Source of the DNA: Candidatus Poseidoniaceae archaeon
Lineage (GTDB): Archaea; Thermoplasmatota; Poseidoniia; Poseidoniales; Poseidoniaceae
DNA: 64,000 nt
Assembly: GCA_030747785.1 (NCBI GenBank)
Contig: JASLKC010000026.1
Coordinates: 68,967-132,966 of the forward strand
Direction of reading: 5' to 3'
The notes under the pieces are model-generated. The model made no database searches and had not been told where the DNA came from. It saw nothing but the letters and a program-made list of their open reading frames with translations. Shown piece by piece: positions 1 through 9,081 of the stretch. A program made the translations under genes and the position numbers. Position 1 is the stretch's first letter, and each line of letters starts with the position of its first letter.

Positions 1-338
1 GAAACCGCTTCAGGGTTATCCAATTTCATACGAACAATCCATCCCTTTCCATACGGGTCTTCATTCATCAATTCTGGAGCATCTTCCAGCGCTTCATTTA
101 CTTCTACGATTGCGCCCGACAGCGGAGCAAAAATCGGTGATGCAGATTTTACAGATTCAACAATTGCAAACTCACCCATGTCTTCGAAATTTTGGTCTGC
201 TTCTGGTAATTCGATGTAGACAATATCGGTTAATGCATCTTGAGCATGGTCGGTAATGCCAATGACAATGGAATCACCTTCAACTCGAATCCATTCGTGT
301 TCTTTGGTATAGTACAATTCTTCTGGGACTTGGCTCAT
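1..338 (-). CDS. gcvH: Glycine cleavage system H protein (3' end cut by window edge)
   Basis: Minus-strand ORF not in the track because it runs off the window. My translation from the ATG at 336-338 is MSQVPEELYYTKEHEWIRVEGDSIVIGITDHAQDALTDIVYIELPE...FAIVESVKSASPIFAPLSGAIVEVN. It contains the lipoyl-lysine ESVK motif and the overall GcvH pattern. Confidence 0.85.
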   Translation of the reverse strand, partial: MSQVPEELYYTKEHEWIRVEGDSIVIGITDHAQDALTDIVYIELPEADQNFEDMGEFAIVESVKSASPIFAPLSGAIVEVNEALEDAPELMNEDPYGKGWIVRMKLDNPEAV

Positions 339-389
339 ATTACTCCCTCTACTTACTTGCTGAGATAATCAGGGCAATCAACTATTGCT

Positions 390-1013
390 TCAAAGAGTAG
401 CTTGGCAATGAGGGCAAATATTCCATCCAGCCTGTACTTCAGCACCACACCCTTGGCAAACAGGTGTGGCAGCAGTATCTTGAATCATTACTGAATCCTG
501 AAGTACAGTATCACCAACTTGGCCGATATTTACCAAAGCAGCATCCTTTTCCAAATGAGATTGCCGCACTCTCCCTGCATCATCATACAGCCCAGCATCC
601 TGATAGGCCTTTGCAGCAGCTTCGAAATCTCTAGCCTTCTCTAAATTTTGTGCTTTTCTTACAGTGGCAGCCATATCTGTTGCAGCAGGAGGGGGTCTAA
701 TTTGTGCAGGAGGGGCAGAAACTGCTGCACGAGGGGCCGGACGTATTTGTTGAACAGGAACGGGAGCCCGATGCACTTGTTGAACAGGAACACGCATCAT
801 CATTGGTTGTTGAATAACAACAGCTTGGCCCCCGCTACCACCTGAGGTAGCGACCATTATTATTCCAATAATAAACATGATAAAAGCAAGACATAGAAGT
901 GGAGGGACCAAGAACCCGATAAAGAAGAAAAGGACAGAAAGCACAATCATTACGATTCCACCAGCGGAACTACCCCCGGAATTTGGCGCTCTGACTTGTA
1001 CTACCAATTTCAT
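390..1013 (-). CDS. Membrane protein with Pro/Gln-rich linker and C-terminal zinc ribbon (function unknown)
   Basis: Track ORF of 207 aa. It has a hydrophobic N-terminal segment (IVMIVLSVLFFFIGFLVPPLLCLAFIMFIIGIIMV), a P/Q/V-rich repeat region and a C-terminal CQGCG...CPHC motif. Confidence 0.5.
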   Translation of the reverse strand: MKLVVQVRAPNSGGSSAGGIVMIVLSVLFFFIGFLVPPLLCLAFIMFIIGIIMVATSGGSGGQAVVIQQPMMMRVPVQQVHRAPVPVQQIRPAPRAAVSAPPAQIRPPPAATDMAATVRKAQNLEKARDFEAAAKAYQDAGLYDDAGRVRQSHLEKDAALVNIGQVGDTVLQDSVMIQDTAATPVCQGCGAEVQAGWNICPHCQATL

Positions 1014-1390
1014 TCCTCCTCGATATCATTTGACAAAACAGATTCTTCTAATTGGGCCCACGCATCACCAATCTCAACATCTTTCTTTACCCAAGCGAGG
1101 TCTGCTTCCACTCTAGATACTATCGCTGTTTTGTCTTCGTTTGGAAATATGGATCCAAGAAACCCCTCTCCTCTTCCCGTAATTGGCGCGAGAATCAAAC
1201 AAAAAACTCCAATGACTGGAAACGCCACAGAGATCACACCTAGATTAGTAAATGATAACAGCCCTGTACCTAGTGCAAGCCCACTTGCTAAAATCAAACC
1301 GAGACCCGTGCCAAATAGCAGTCTCTGTGCTGAGGCTGCAGGCGTCATGCTTACTCCACCTATCGGCAACGCATGAACCCAACGGCTCAA
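1010..1390 (-). CDS. Small integral membrane protein (unknown)
   Basis: Track ORF of 126 aa with two or three hydrophobic helices. It overlaps both neighbours by 4 nt (1010-1013, 1387-1390), suggesting translational coupling in a minus-strand operon. Confidence 0.45.
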   Translation of the reverse strand: MSRWVHALPIGGVSMTPAASAQRLLFGTGLGLILASGLALGTGLLSFTNLGVISVAFPVIGVFCLILAPITGRGEGFLGSIFPNEDKTAIVSRVEADLAWVKKDVEIGDAWAQLEESVLSNDIEEE

Positions 1391-2052
1391 AACGTCTCTC
1401 GCATCAACTTGTGAATTTTGTAGGGCAGTAGTGCACGATTTACTGGAGTAACCTCAAGGATTCGAGCATCATCACGTCTTCGAATATCTTGAAGGAGAGG
1501 ATGTCGACTCTTTTTGTGGAGTGCGAGGAGAGTAGGTTTGTCAACCTTCAACGCAGATCGTACCACATTTACAAAATCTTCAGATTCCACAGCGAATTTG
1601 CCGATTTCATCGATTACAATTACTTCTGAATAATCTCGGGCGTGTTCAATTGCAGGAATAGCAACACTTTCAAGCGCCTCAGTATCAATTCCATATCCAA
1701 GAACCCGGAGGCGACTATCTATGTTCTTGTGAGCCATAATTGCTTCATCTCCTGTTCGAATATCGATGACCTTGTATCCTTCACGTTCGGAATTTGCCAT
1801 TATTGGTTCCGTCCGTATACCGCCAATAATCTCAGAACCACGCCCATCTCCGCCACGGGCGTCGATTTCTCGAACCCGCTCTTCGTTGAGCATTTCTAGA
1901 ACTTTAGCTAAGACTGCAGATTTACCACTACGCGGTAAACCAGTAATTCCAATCTTTGGATGTATTCCCACTTGAACCACTTCTTCAAAAACAAATAGTT
2001 TCGATGTTTCTTCCGAGTGAGGTACTGATAATAAAGAGTGTGGGAAAAACAC
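1387..2052 (-). CDS. P-loop nucleoside-triphosphatase, THEP1/MJ1559-like
   Basis: Walker A GITGLPRSGKS and Walker B VIVIDEIGKF. Size is about 200 aa, as in the archaeal NTPase_1 family. Confidence 0.65.
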   Translation of the reverse strand: MFFPHSLLSVPHSEETSKLFVFEEVVQVGIHPKIGITGLPRSGKSAVLAKVLEMLNEERVREIDARGGDGRGSEIIGGIRTEPIMANSEREGYKVIDIRTGDEAIMAHKNIDSRLRVLGYGIDTEALESVAIPAIEHARDYSEVIVIDEIGKFAVESEDFVNVVRSALKVDKPTLLALHKKSRHPLLQDIRRRDDARILEVTPVNRALLPYKIHKLMRETF

Positions 2053-2096
2053 CTCTAATTCTACAATCCCGAAATCAATAACCGGTTTCCGACCCT

Positions 2097-2546
2097 TCAG
2101 AGAATATCCTCATCACCAGGCATTGGGGTAGCAATAATAGAACGACCTTGGGCCGCGACTCTCCATTTACTAGAAACCCAATCCAATATTTCAGACAATT
2201 CTTTTTCTGAAAGACCACCTGCAGCACTGATTTTTCTTAATATCCAAAGCTCCTTGTCGTCGTAGTCGCCATCTGATGATGCAAGAAGGGCGCCATCACG
2301 CAGGGCCAATCTAATCGCGGCCGGCTCCATCGATTCTAAGACGGCCTCAAGTTCTGGGGGCTCCGTCAAGAGTTGCCGAACCTCTTCTCTACTCTCGGGA
2401 TGAAGCATCATAGCCCCCATCGCAGCCTCAATTGCAGCCATCTCTTCGCGGACTAATGTGCCATCTACTGCAGCAATTAATACTAGAATACTAGCGACGC
2501 GTCTTCGCTGCTCCTCGGAAAGGGAGAGAAGGGCATCTGGCAACAT
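2097..2546 (-). CDS. TerB-like (tellurite-resistance-type) helical domain protein
   Basis: 149 aa with two DG-x5-E-containing helical half-repeats (AAVDGTLVREEMAAIE; SSDGDYDDKELWILRKI), reminiscent of the TerB/DjlA N-terminal fold. Confidence 0.45.
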   Translation of the reverse strand: MLPDALLSLSEEQRRRVASILVLIAAVDGTLVREEMAAIEAAMGAMMLHPESREEVRQLLTEPPELEAVLESMEPAAIRLALRDGALLASSDGDYDDKELWILRKISAAGGLSEKELSEILDWVSSKWRVAAQGRSIIATPMPGDEDIL

Positions 2547-2555
2547 AGCGCCACT

Positions 2556-2987
2556 TCACTGGGATAAATCGTTCAGTAGATCATATCCAGATTGCATCCA
2601 AGAATATCCTTCTACAGTCCATTTTAGCAGCCTATTTACGGCATCTGGCGCAAGTCCGAAATGTGCAGCGATTTTATCGAGACTTTCGCGTTCGTATTCA
2701 TCAACTGTACCATCAGCAGCAGCCATGAGCACAGCATCGCGAAGCGCGAGCCTTCCAGATTCAGGACCAAGATTGTCAAGACACTCTTCAAGCGTAGGAG
2801 GATGCTTCAAAGAGACACGGATTTTATCGCGCTGTTTTGGCGATAAAAGAGCAGTACCAAGCCGCTGCTCGAACATTGCCATTTCTTCCACAGTAAGTTC
2901 GTTATCTATACGAGCCATATAGGCCAATAATTGAGCATATGCGAATCTCTCGGCTTGGGGGAGTTTGTGAAGTGTGTCTGGCAGCAT
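2556..2987 (-). CDS. TerB-like helical domain protein, paralogue of the preceding gene
   Basis: Same architecture (ARIDNELTVEEMAMFE; AAADGTVDEYERESLDKI). Start moved to the internal ATG giving MLPDTLHKLP, which matches the N-terminus MLPDALLSLS of the paralogue. Confidence 0.45.
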   Translation of the reverse strand: MLPDTLHKLPQAERFAYAQLLAYMARIDNELTVEEMAMFEQRLGTALLSPKQRDKIRVSLKHPPTLEECLDNLGPESGRLALRDAVLMAAADGTVDEYERESLDKIAAHFGLAPDAVNRLLKWTVEGYSWMQSGYDLLNDLSQ

Positions 2988-3066
2988 GATAGTGCCGTGA
3001 CTGTCCTGTGACTTCAAACCCACGCCGGATGAGCGGGTTCAAATGGCACCTGTAGGTGACCGCATC

Positions 3067-3249
3067 ATGGCCAAGGTGGAAGTTTACACCAACAAAGGAT
3101 GTGGCGCATGTGTACTTGCCAAAAAACATTTAGATATTTGAAAGGCCAGAAGTATTGACCTACAAGATAACCGTGAAGCAAATTCTTTCCATAATCAGCC
3201 AGCATGTATTTCTGGTAATTCACGCGCCTTGAAGGCAATTTCCCGCTGA
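3067..3249 (+). pseudogene. Glutaredoxin/NrdH-like gene remnant interrupted by an in-frame TGA
   Basis: My translation from ATG 3067 is MAKVEVYTNKGCGACVLAKKHLDI, then TGA at 3139-3141. This is the classic N-terminal beta-strand plus CxxC of small glutaredoxins. Grx-like residues continue downstream in two frames (LKGQKY; IDLQDNREANSF), and the tail overlaps the 3' end of the GtrA-like gene. Confidence 0.35.
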
Positions 3250-3614
3250 CCAAGATAATTTAGAACTCCCCAAAGACTTGAATTTAGAACCCATACGATT
3301 CGCGCATCAAGTCCAAAATTTACAGTACCTACATAGAAGCAGGCCGTCGAACCGACCATGCCGATTGTGTAAATTGTCATACTCGCAGTAATTGTCCAGC
3401 GCAATCGACGGTCTGAATCAAATGTCCACTCTCTGTGTGTAAAATGAGCAAAGAGGCTACCGAGTATCCATGCGGCAGCCCATGCAACTGTTGGCCAATA
3501 TCCAGTAGATGGCCAAACCCAATAAAGAAATTCCCAAATGGCATAGAAAACAATTACATTGATTCCGGCTACCATCATATAGCGCCTAAATGTGCCATGA
3601 GGGGGAAGCATCAA
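3195..3614 (-). CDS. GtrA-like small polytopic membrane protein (glycan translocation family)
   Basis: 139 aa with four hydrophobic helices. It lies directly downstream of, and 4 nt overlapping, the sugar-nucleotide genes. Similarity to GtrA is judged by eye. Confidence 0.5.
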   Translation of the reverse strand: MMLPPHGTFRRYMMVAGINVIVFYAIWEFLYWVWPSTGYWPTVAWAAAWILGSLFAHFTHREWTFDSDRRLRWTITASMTIYTIGMVGSTACFYVGTVNFGLDARIVWVLNSSLWGVLNYLGQREIAFKARELPEIHAG

Positions 3615-4432
3615 TCATCCTCCGTAACAACATCGCTTGGTCGGCCAGTTTCAATTGAGCGCAAACGGGTATTGTCATTTTGAATTGCTGCAAGAAATTC
3701 GTATTCGACCCCCAGGTCCTCTGCAAGTTTTTTCAAAGCGAGAGTATCCTTTGGAAGACACTTGCCTCCAAATCCACGGTTTAGACCCATAATCGGCTCG
3801 AGGTGAGAGTCCCCAATGGGCTGATCTTGAGGGGCGGTAATAATGTCACGAACCACCGCCCAGTCAATACTGAGCGCTTCACATATGTCGTGCATTTGAT
3901 TTGCAAATAATACTTTGAGGGCGTAGAAGTTATTCTTGGAATACTTGACCATTTCAGCTTCAGTACTTGAGATATGATATGTTACATCATTTGAGAGGAC
4001 CCCCGCATCTCTATGATGCTGAAATACCATTTCAGCCACTTCACGATGCTCAGTTCCTACGACGAGGATTTTTTGATTAGAGAAATCTTCTAATCTTCGT
4101 CGCTCAACTAAAAATTCCGGCGAATATGCTAGTTTTAGAGAGGAGAACTCAGATTGAAGGCGAGCGGTTGTTCCCGGAATAACCGTGCTTTTCAATACGG
4201 CAATAAAACCATCAGGAAGCTTAGCAAGAATTTCTTCGACTATACTAGTATCACAGGAGCCATCTTCATTGGCAGGAGTTGGTACTGCAAGGTATGCCAT
4301 CCCTACATTCTCTGTGACATGACTGAGTGTTGTACCCCTTGAAGGGTCGTGAATGAATAATTCATGGGCATTAGCAAAACTATGTTCAATGGCTCCACCA
4401 ACCATGCCAGCACCAATGATTCCAATTTTCAT
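3611..4432 (-). CDS. UDP-glucose/GDP-mannose dehydrogenase family protein (short form)
   Basis: N-terminal Rossmann motif [13 protein letters not shown] and the catalytic-Cys motif [10 protein letters not shown]. Confidence 0.7.
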   Translation of the reverse strand: MKIGIIGAGMVGGAIEHSFANAHELFIHDPSRGTTLSHVTENVGMAYLAVPTPANEDGSCDTSIVEEILAKLPDGFIAVLKSTVIPGTTARLQSEFSSLKLAYSPEFLVERRRLEDFSNQKILVVGTEHREVAEMVFQHHRDAGVLSNDVTYHISSTEAEMVKYSKNNFYALKVLFANQMHDICEALSIDWAVVRDIITAPQDQPIGDSHLEPIMGLNRGFGGKCLPKDTLALKKLAEDLGVEYEFLAAIQNDNTRLRSIETGRPSDVVTEDD

Positions 4433-5133
4433 TCCTCTGCCCCCGGGACCCTAAACAATCCTTCTTCTACCATCTGTGCTGCACGCTGGAGGCTTTCAGG
4501 TGTTCCGCAATCAATCCAGGTATTTTCTCCAACATTAATCGTTTCAACAGAACCCTCTTGAATATACTGACGAGTGATTTCAGATATGGAAAAGTCTGGT
4601 AGATATTGAGTTGCATCAAGGCGTTGCCAAAAAGTTTCATCAAAGAAATATATCCCTCCAATAGCAAGATTGCCTACATCGCTTTGCGGTTTTTCAATAA
4701 CATCAGAAATCTTCCCTTCCTTAAGCACTGCAATTCCGAACGAAGAAGCATCTTCAACCTCTCGAGTCAATAGCATTGCACCCGATGAAAAAGTTGCAAC
4801 AATTTCCGATAGATCCAGATTGGTAATATTATCAGAGAACCAAATTAGTAATGCACCATCTTCATTTGTTCGGCGTGCCAATTGCAGGGCATTTGCAACA
4901 CCCAAAGGCTCCTTTTCAAGAACATATTCAATTTCTTCACCAACGTGGTCTTGTATTTTGTTAATGAAGCGATTTCCAATGATTGTAATATCTTCGATTC
5001 CCGCTGAACGCACTGATGAAAGGACATAATCAATAATGGGTCGGCCACAAAGAGGCAAGAGAGTTTTGTGCGTGTACAATGTCATTGGGAAAAGACGACT
5101 ACCGTGCCCTCCAGCGACAATAATGGCCCTCAT
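4429..5133 (-). CDS. Sugar-1-phosphate nucleotidyltransferase (glucose-1-P thymidylyl/uridylyltransferase-like)
   Basis: [18 protein letters not shown]...KTLLPL signature. Start moved to the internal ATG at 5133 so the gene no longer overlaps the upstream ORF. Confidence 0.75.
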   Translation of the reverse strand: MRAIIVAGGHGSRLFPMTLYTHKTLLPLCGRPIIDYVLSSVRSAGIEDITIIGNRFINKIQDHVGEEIEYVLEKEPLGVANALQLARRTNEDGALLIWFSDNITNLDLSEIVATFSSGAMLLTREVEDASSFGIAVLKEGKISDVIEKPQSDVGNLAIGGIYFFDETFWQRLDATQYLPDFSISEITRQYIQEGSVETINVGENTWIDCGTPESLQRAAQMVEEGLFRVPGAEE

Positions 5134-5164
5134 ATTACGACCCTCATGGTCTACACTTATTGAT

Positions 5165-5836
5165 TCACTGGGAATCTTCTTCAGGGCTTGCCGCCTTAGA
5201 GAATGCATCATCTTCTGCATTCTTGTCGAAATAGTCAGTACGCACTAAATCTCCAAGTTTCTCAACACCGTATTCGACTAAATCAGGATCATTTGCTTCT
5301 GCAGTTTCCCATCTTTTTTGAGCCATTTCAGCATATTCAATATTTGCAGCTTCGACCATTTTTTCGCCGTCACTAAGTTCGCCCTCCAACCCTTCGTATT
5401 TTTCTCCCTCAACTACAGCATCTCGACGAACAGGCGCTTGCCCCATCTTGAAATCGGTTTTACCCCAATCGGGCCCAGATGGATCATCACCTCTTGTGCG
5501 AACTGGATTTACTGTTTCAATACCCGAAGCGACCCATTCTGTTAGATGCTCGCGATATGCTACTAATCGCTCTTCTTCATCATCGATGTCTAGAATATGA
5601 GACATGTCATATCGCATGGCAAAATCTTCTTCATGAGGGATGGAGGCTTTACCGAGTATAGAAACGGCTAATCCCAGTAAACTGAACGCAATACCGAGGC
5701 CAATTAGTTCGATTTGAGGGACAAAAAGAAACCATATTACACCACAAAAAAACATGAAAATCCCCATCCATGCAAAGAAGCGCCCACGGCGCCGTTGCCA
5801 TTGAAAATCCTCTAGGTCGGAAATCGAATCATGCAT
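5165..5836 (-). CDS. Hypothetical membrane protein with acidic C-terminal domain
   Basis: Track ORF of 223 aa with two adjacent hydrophobic helices near the N-terminus. I recognise no family. Confidence 0.5.
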   Translation of the reverse strand: MHDSISDLEDFQWQRRRGRFFAWMGIFMFFCGVIWFLFVPQIELIGLGIAFSLLGLAVSILGKASIPHEEDFAMRYDMSHILDIDDEEERLVAYREHLTEWVASGIETVNPVRTRGDDPSGPDWGKTDFKMGQAPVRRDAVVEGEKYEGLEGELSDGEKMVEAANIEYAEMAQKRWETAEANDPDLVEYGVEKLGDLVRTDYFDKNAEDDAFSKAASPEEDSQ

Positions 5837-5846
5837 TTAGAGACCC

Positions 5847-6485
5847 TCAAGCCAGCATGGCCATGACATCGTCATCCATCGTTGGTATTGAATCCTGTTC
5901 CTGCATGAGTACTGAATCGCGCATATGGATATTTTGACGAGGCTCCAAAGCGAGTTTTTGTAATACTTGAGTAAGCACCTCTTGCATTCGTGCAGTTTGC
6001 GAGCCTTGGGCTACTACCATTCTTTCCAATGATTCTAGCGTTTCAATACTACGACTACTGGAAACTTCCAACGCTGCAGACTGGGCGTCTAAAGCCTCTT
6101 CCTGGCGGGCTAGTAATTCACGCGCTGCAGGACTACCGATCGCATCTCTTCTGTGAAGCTCACCTAGCGCATTACGCAAATCATGCGTTGTCTTATCCAA
6201 AGCTCGCTTCATATCATTTAATTGAACTATAGCGAGATTAAGTTCTGTTTCGAGACTGGTCGCTTTATGCTTGAGTACAGCACGAGTATTCGATTGAAAA
6301 ATCGACTCTGCAAAGAATGCTGTAAATACGCCCGCGCCCAATGCAATATTGTGATTGACACCCGCAACCACCATCATGGCCCATGTGAAGCTACCAATCA
6401 GTGCGGCTCTTGTTATTCCCATCAAGTAATACTTAGTTACCGGAGTATAAACAAACGAGGCGGGGGGGCCGTGGGCCCCCATCAT
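5847..6485 (-). CDS. Hypothetical membrane-anchored coiled-coil protein
   Basis: Track ORF of 212 aa with N-terminal hydrophobic helices followed by a long heptad-like helical region. Confidence 0.5.
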   Translation of the reverse strand: MMGAHGPPASFVYTPVTKYYLMGITRAALIGSFTWAMMVVAGVNHNIALGAGVFTAFFAESIFQSNTRAVLKHKATSLETELNLAIVQLNDMKRALDKTTHDLRNALGELHRRDAIGSPAARELLARQEEALDAQSAALEVSSSRSIETLESLERMVVAQGSQTARMQEVLTQVLQKLALEPRQNIHMRDSVLMQEQDSIPTMDDDVMAMLA

Positions 6486-7096
6486 TCATCTGGAACGAAG
6501 CAATCATCATCAATTTCATGAATCTGCTCAGTCATTATCAGATGGTCCAATGCTTCGTCACATTCTTCTGTGGCAATTCCGCCACTTAGAAGAGGGGCAA
6601 ACAATTCTTCAATGTTCACAAAAGGCGCCCCATTCCCAATCTTATCTTGAGCGCCCATCAACATCATCTGTGCCGCTACTGCTAGTAATGGGTCATCACA
6701 GGCATCTCCAGGAGTAAAGGAGAGGAATGTGCTTGCCGGATGTGGCTCCTCAACAATTTCTTCTATTCTATTTGTTAGATGCTTCAATCGTTCTGGGATA
6801 TCAAAGCAATCGAATAGATTGGTTTGATTTAATGAGGTTACACTTGTCAAATCCCCCGTCTTAAGGCGCTTTGCCACCGATTCAAGGCGGTGCATTCGTT
6901 GCTCAAGTTGAATTCGTTCACGTTTGAGGTCATGTGTCAATAAACGCAAATCTTCGTTTGCTTTCTGTATCAGCCAATCCTCAAGAGTAAAATTTGGGTC
7001 AACACCAATCATTGTCTCTACAAAGTGCTTGACAGCAAGAGGCAATTGGTCGACGTGAATCTTTCCTTCTGCACTCTCACGTCCATCATCAACCAT
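6482..7096 (-). CDS. Hypothetical acidic protein
   Basis: Track ORF of 204 aa. It overlaps the downstream gene by 4 nt. I recognise no family. Confidence 0.5.
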   Translation of the reverse strand: MVDDGRESAEGKIHVDQLPLAVKHFVETMIGVDPNFTLEDWLIQKANEDLRLLTHDLKRERIQLEQRMHRLESVAKRLKTGDLTSVTSLNQTNLFDCFDIPERLKHLTNRIEEIVEEPHPASTFLSFTPGDACDDPLLAVAAQMMLMGAQDKIGNGAPFVNIEELFAPLLSGGIATEECDEALDHLIMTEQIHEIDDDCFVPDE

Positions 7097-7281
7097 GCTT
7101 ACCCTCGGTGTTGTGACGCTCTATGAAGGTATACATTAGCAACCAACCCCTAGTTCGATTGGAGGACCGTAGCACTGCGCGGAACAAACGTCAATAATAC
7201 CCTCCATCGGTCAACAACCTCATTCCCCAACCGATAGTAACACGGGGACGCGTTCATGTAGGGGCGACCAATGGCCCGGTT

Positions 7282-8463
7282 ATGAGCGACCACCGCATCG
7301 CAATCTTGCCCGGCGACGGAACTGGAAGAGAAGTTGCGGTTGAGGCGCAACGCATTCTGGATACGATTGAAGCTCACACAAACCACGGGTTTGAGCAGAA
7401 TGTGATTTCATGCGGAGGGCAACATTATTTGGAAACAGGCGAAGAGTGGGCCGAGGGTTCATTTGAATATTGCCGCGACGATGCAGATGCGATTTTTCTT
7501 GGTGCAATCGGACACCCCGGTGCAATCTTAGAAAATGGGGATCTTGCTGGAGGCTCCGTAATTTTAGGGATGCGTAGCGGCCTAGATCTCTATGCAAATG
7601 TCCGGCCAATCAAACTCTACGAAGGAGTCCCCCACAAGGTCCATGGAAAATTTACACAGATTTGGGAGCCAGGCATGGTGGATATGACAATTCTTCGAGA
7701 GAATACAGAAGGGCTGTACCATTCACTATTGCGACGATGCGCAGACCGTGCTTTAGGTCGCGAGTTATACGAGCCTCCAGAAATGACATTCCCCGGTCTT
7801 GATGGCGAAGTTGCATATGATCCACGACCGATATCAGCAAATGGCACTGAACGCTTAGTGCGCATGGGATTTGAAATCGCAGAAACTAGAAATGGCGCGC
7901 CTGCAGATGGAATAAAACGAGTTTCATGTATTGACAAGAGCAATGTTACAAGAGGCTGTCAATTATTCCGTAGAACCTTCGACAAGGTTGCAGCAAATTA
8001 TCCAGGCACAGAATGTGACTATGGATACATAGACGCCTTCATGCAATGGATTACTAGAAATCCAGAGCATTACGATGTTGTTGTTTCGTCAAATCTATTT
8101 GGTGATATTGCAACCGATTTAGGCGCAGTACTTCAAGGGGGAATGGGAATGGCAGCAAGTGGAAATATCGGGGACGAACATGCGTTCTTCGAACCCGTTC
8201 ACGGATCAGCCCCAAAACATGCAGGACTTAACAAAGTAAATCCAATTGCCAGTATTAATTCAATTCAGATGATGCTTGAATGGCTAGGGCGACGCAAAGG
8301 CGTAGATGAACTAGTATCAATAGCGGGTTTGATTGATGACAGCGTTACAGACCATCTAAAGGACGGTACTGCATTAACATATGATTTGGGCGGGGATGCC
8401 AGCTGCTCATTCGTAGGCGAATCAATTGCAAACCGTCTTTCGACAAAACTTTCCGAATTGTAA
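7282..8463 (+). CDS. Isocitrate/isopropylmalate dehydrogenase family enzyme (tartrate/3-IPM dehydrogenase-like)
   Basis: N-terminal IAILPGDGTGREV and the family signature NLFGDIATDLGAVLQGGMGMAASGNIG. Confidence 0.8.
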   Translation: MSDHRIAILPGDGTGREVAVEAQRILDTIEAHTNHGFEQNVISCGGQHYLETGEEWAEGSFEYCRDDADAIFLGAIGHPGAILENGDLAGGSVILGMRSGLDLYANVRPIKLYEGVPHKVHGKFTQIWEPGMVDMTILRENTEGLYHSLLRRCADRALGRELYEPPEMTFPGLDGEVAYDPRPISANGTERLVRMGFEIAETRNGAPADGIKRVSCIDKSNVTRGCQLFRRTFDKVAANYPGTECDYGYIDAFMQWITRNPEHYDVVVSSNLFGDIATDLGAVLQGGMGMAASGNIGDEHAFFEPVHGSAPKHAGLNKVNPIASINSIQMMLEWLGRRKGVDELVSIAGLIDDSVTDHLKDGTALTYDLGGDASCSFVGESIANRLSTKLSEL

Positions 8464-9081
8464 TTATTCGGATTCTTTACTTTGTCTTTCTTTCCAAGCC
8501 TGTTCAAATTGAGCCCAGAGTTCAGTTTCAACTTGATTCCTAATTTCAGCCTCTAGTACGGGGCGAAGAGCCACTTCAGCTTCAGCGAATGCCTGCTCCT
8601 TTACTGAAACCCATTTTTGTTCTTCAGTATCCATTTGATTTCTTCTTACTTCTGCAACCACAATTCGTTCAATTTCTTTTAGGAGCCTACCAACAACTTC
8701 CAATTCCCACGCATCATGAGGATTAGGTAGCTGCATTCGAGCTACTTCATTTCGAAGCGTAGCAACGATTCTTGCTCTGACTGGATTACCTATTGCAAAA
8801 TCATGTGCACCGGAAACAAATCCAACTAAAGCATCAAGCCACTCCTGTTGGTTTATTTCATGGCCGCACCCCGGGCACGAAGAGTCAGAGGAATGCACAT
8901 CCTCCTCCTCCTTTTTACGAGGACTTTGACGACGTTTTGGCGCTTCTACTTCATCGATATCAAAGGAAACAGACGTACCAAATCCGCCCTTTTCCATCGA
9001 ACCAAGGGAGCGCCTTTCTTCCATTCCTATCAGTAATATGTTATTTTCATGAGTGATAAATATAGTCCCTGCAAATGTCAC
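8464..9081 (-). CDS. Hypothetical protein with CPGCGH zinc-knuckle and C-terminal helical domain
   Basis: Track ORF of 205 aa. It overlaps the upstream gene by 4 nt. Confidence 0.45.
   Translation of the reverse strand: MTFAGTIFITHENNILLIGMEERRSLGSMEKGGFGTSVSFDIDEVEAPKRRQSPRKKEEEDVHSSDSSCPGCGHEINQQEWLDALVGFVSGAHDFAIGNPVRARIVATLRNEVARMQLPNPHDAWELEVVGRLLKEIERIVVAEVRRNQMDTEEQKWVSVKEQAFAEAEVALRPVLEAEIRNQVETELWAQFEQAWKERQSKESE

Noticed and set aside
3035-3044. GGGTTCAAAT resembling a tRNA T-loop
   Set aside because: The flanking bases cannot form a T-stem (GCGGG versus GGCAC). No acceptor, D or anticodon arms can be built on either side.
3139-3141. In-frame TGA in the glutaredoxin-like ORF as selenocysteine or reassigned codon
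   Set aside because: TGA terminates many clearly complete genes in this window (for example at 8461-8463, 16095-16097 and 43365-43367). The position is not the redox-active Cys, and no SECIS-like element is evident. A pseudogene or sequencing indel is more parsimonious.
7150-7609. Two minus-strand ORFs (78 and 109 aa) overlapping the divergent promoter region and the 5' end of the dehydrogenase gene
   Set aside because: They are basic and low-complexity with no homology features. They overlap a strongly supported + strand gene and each other.
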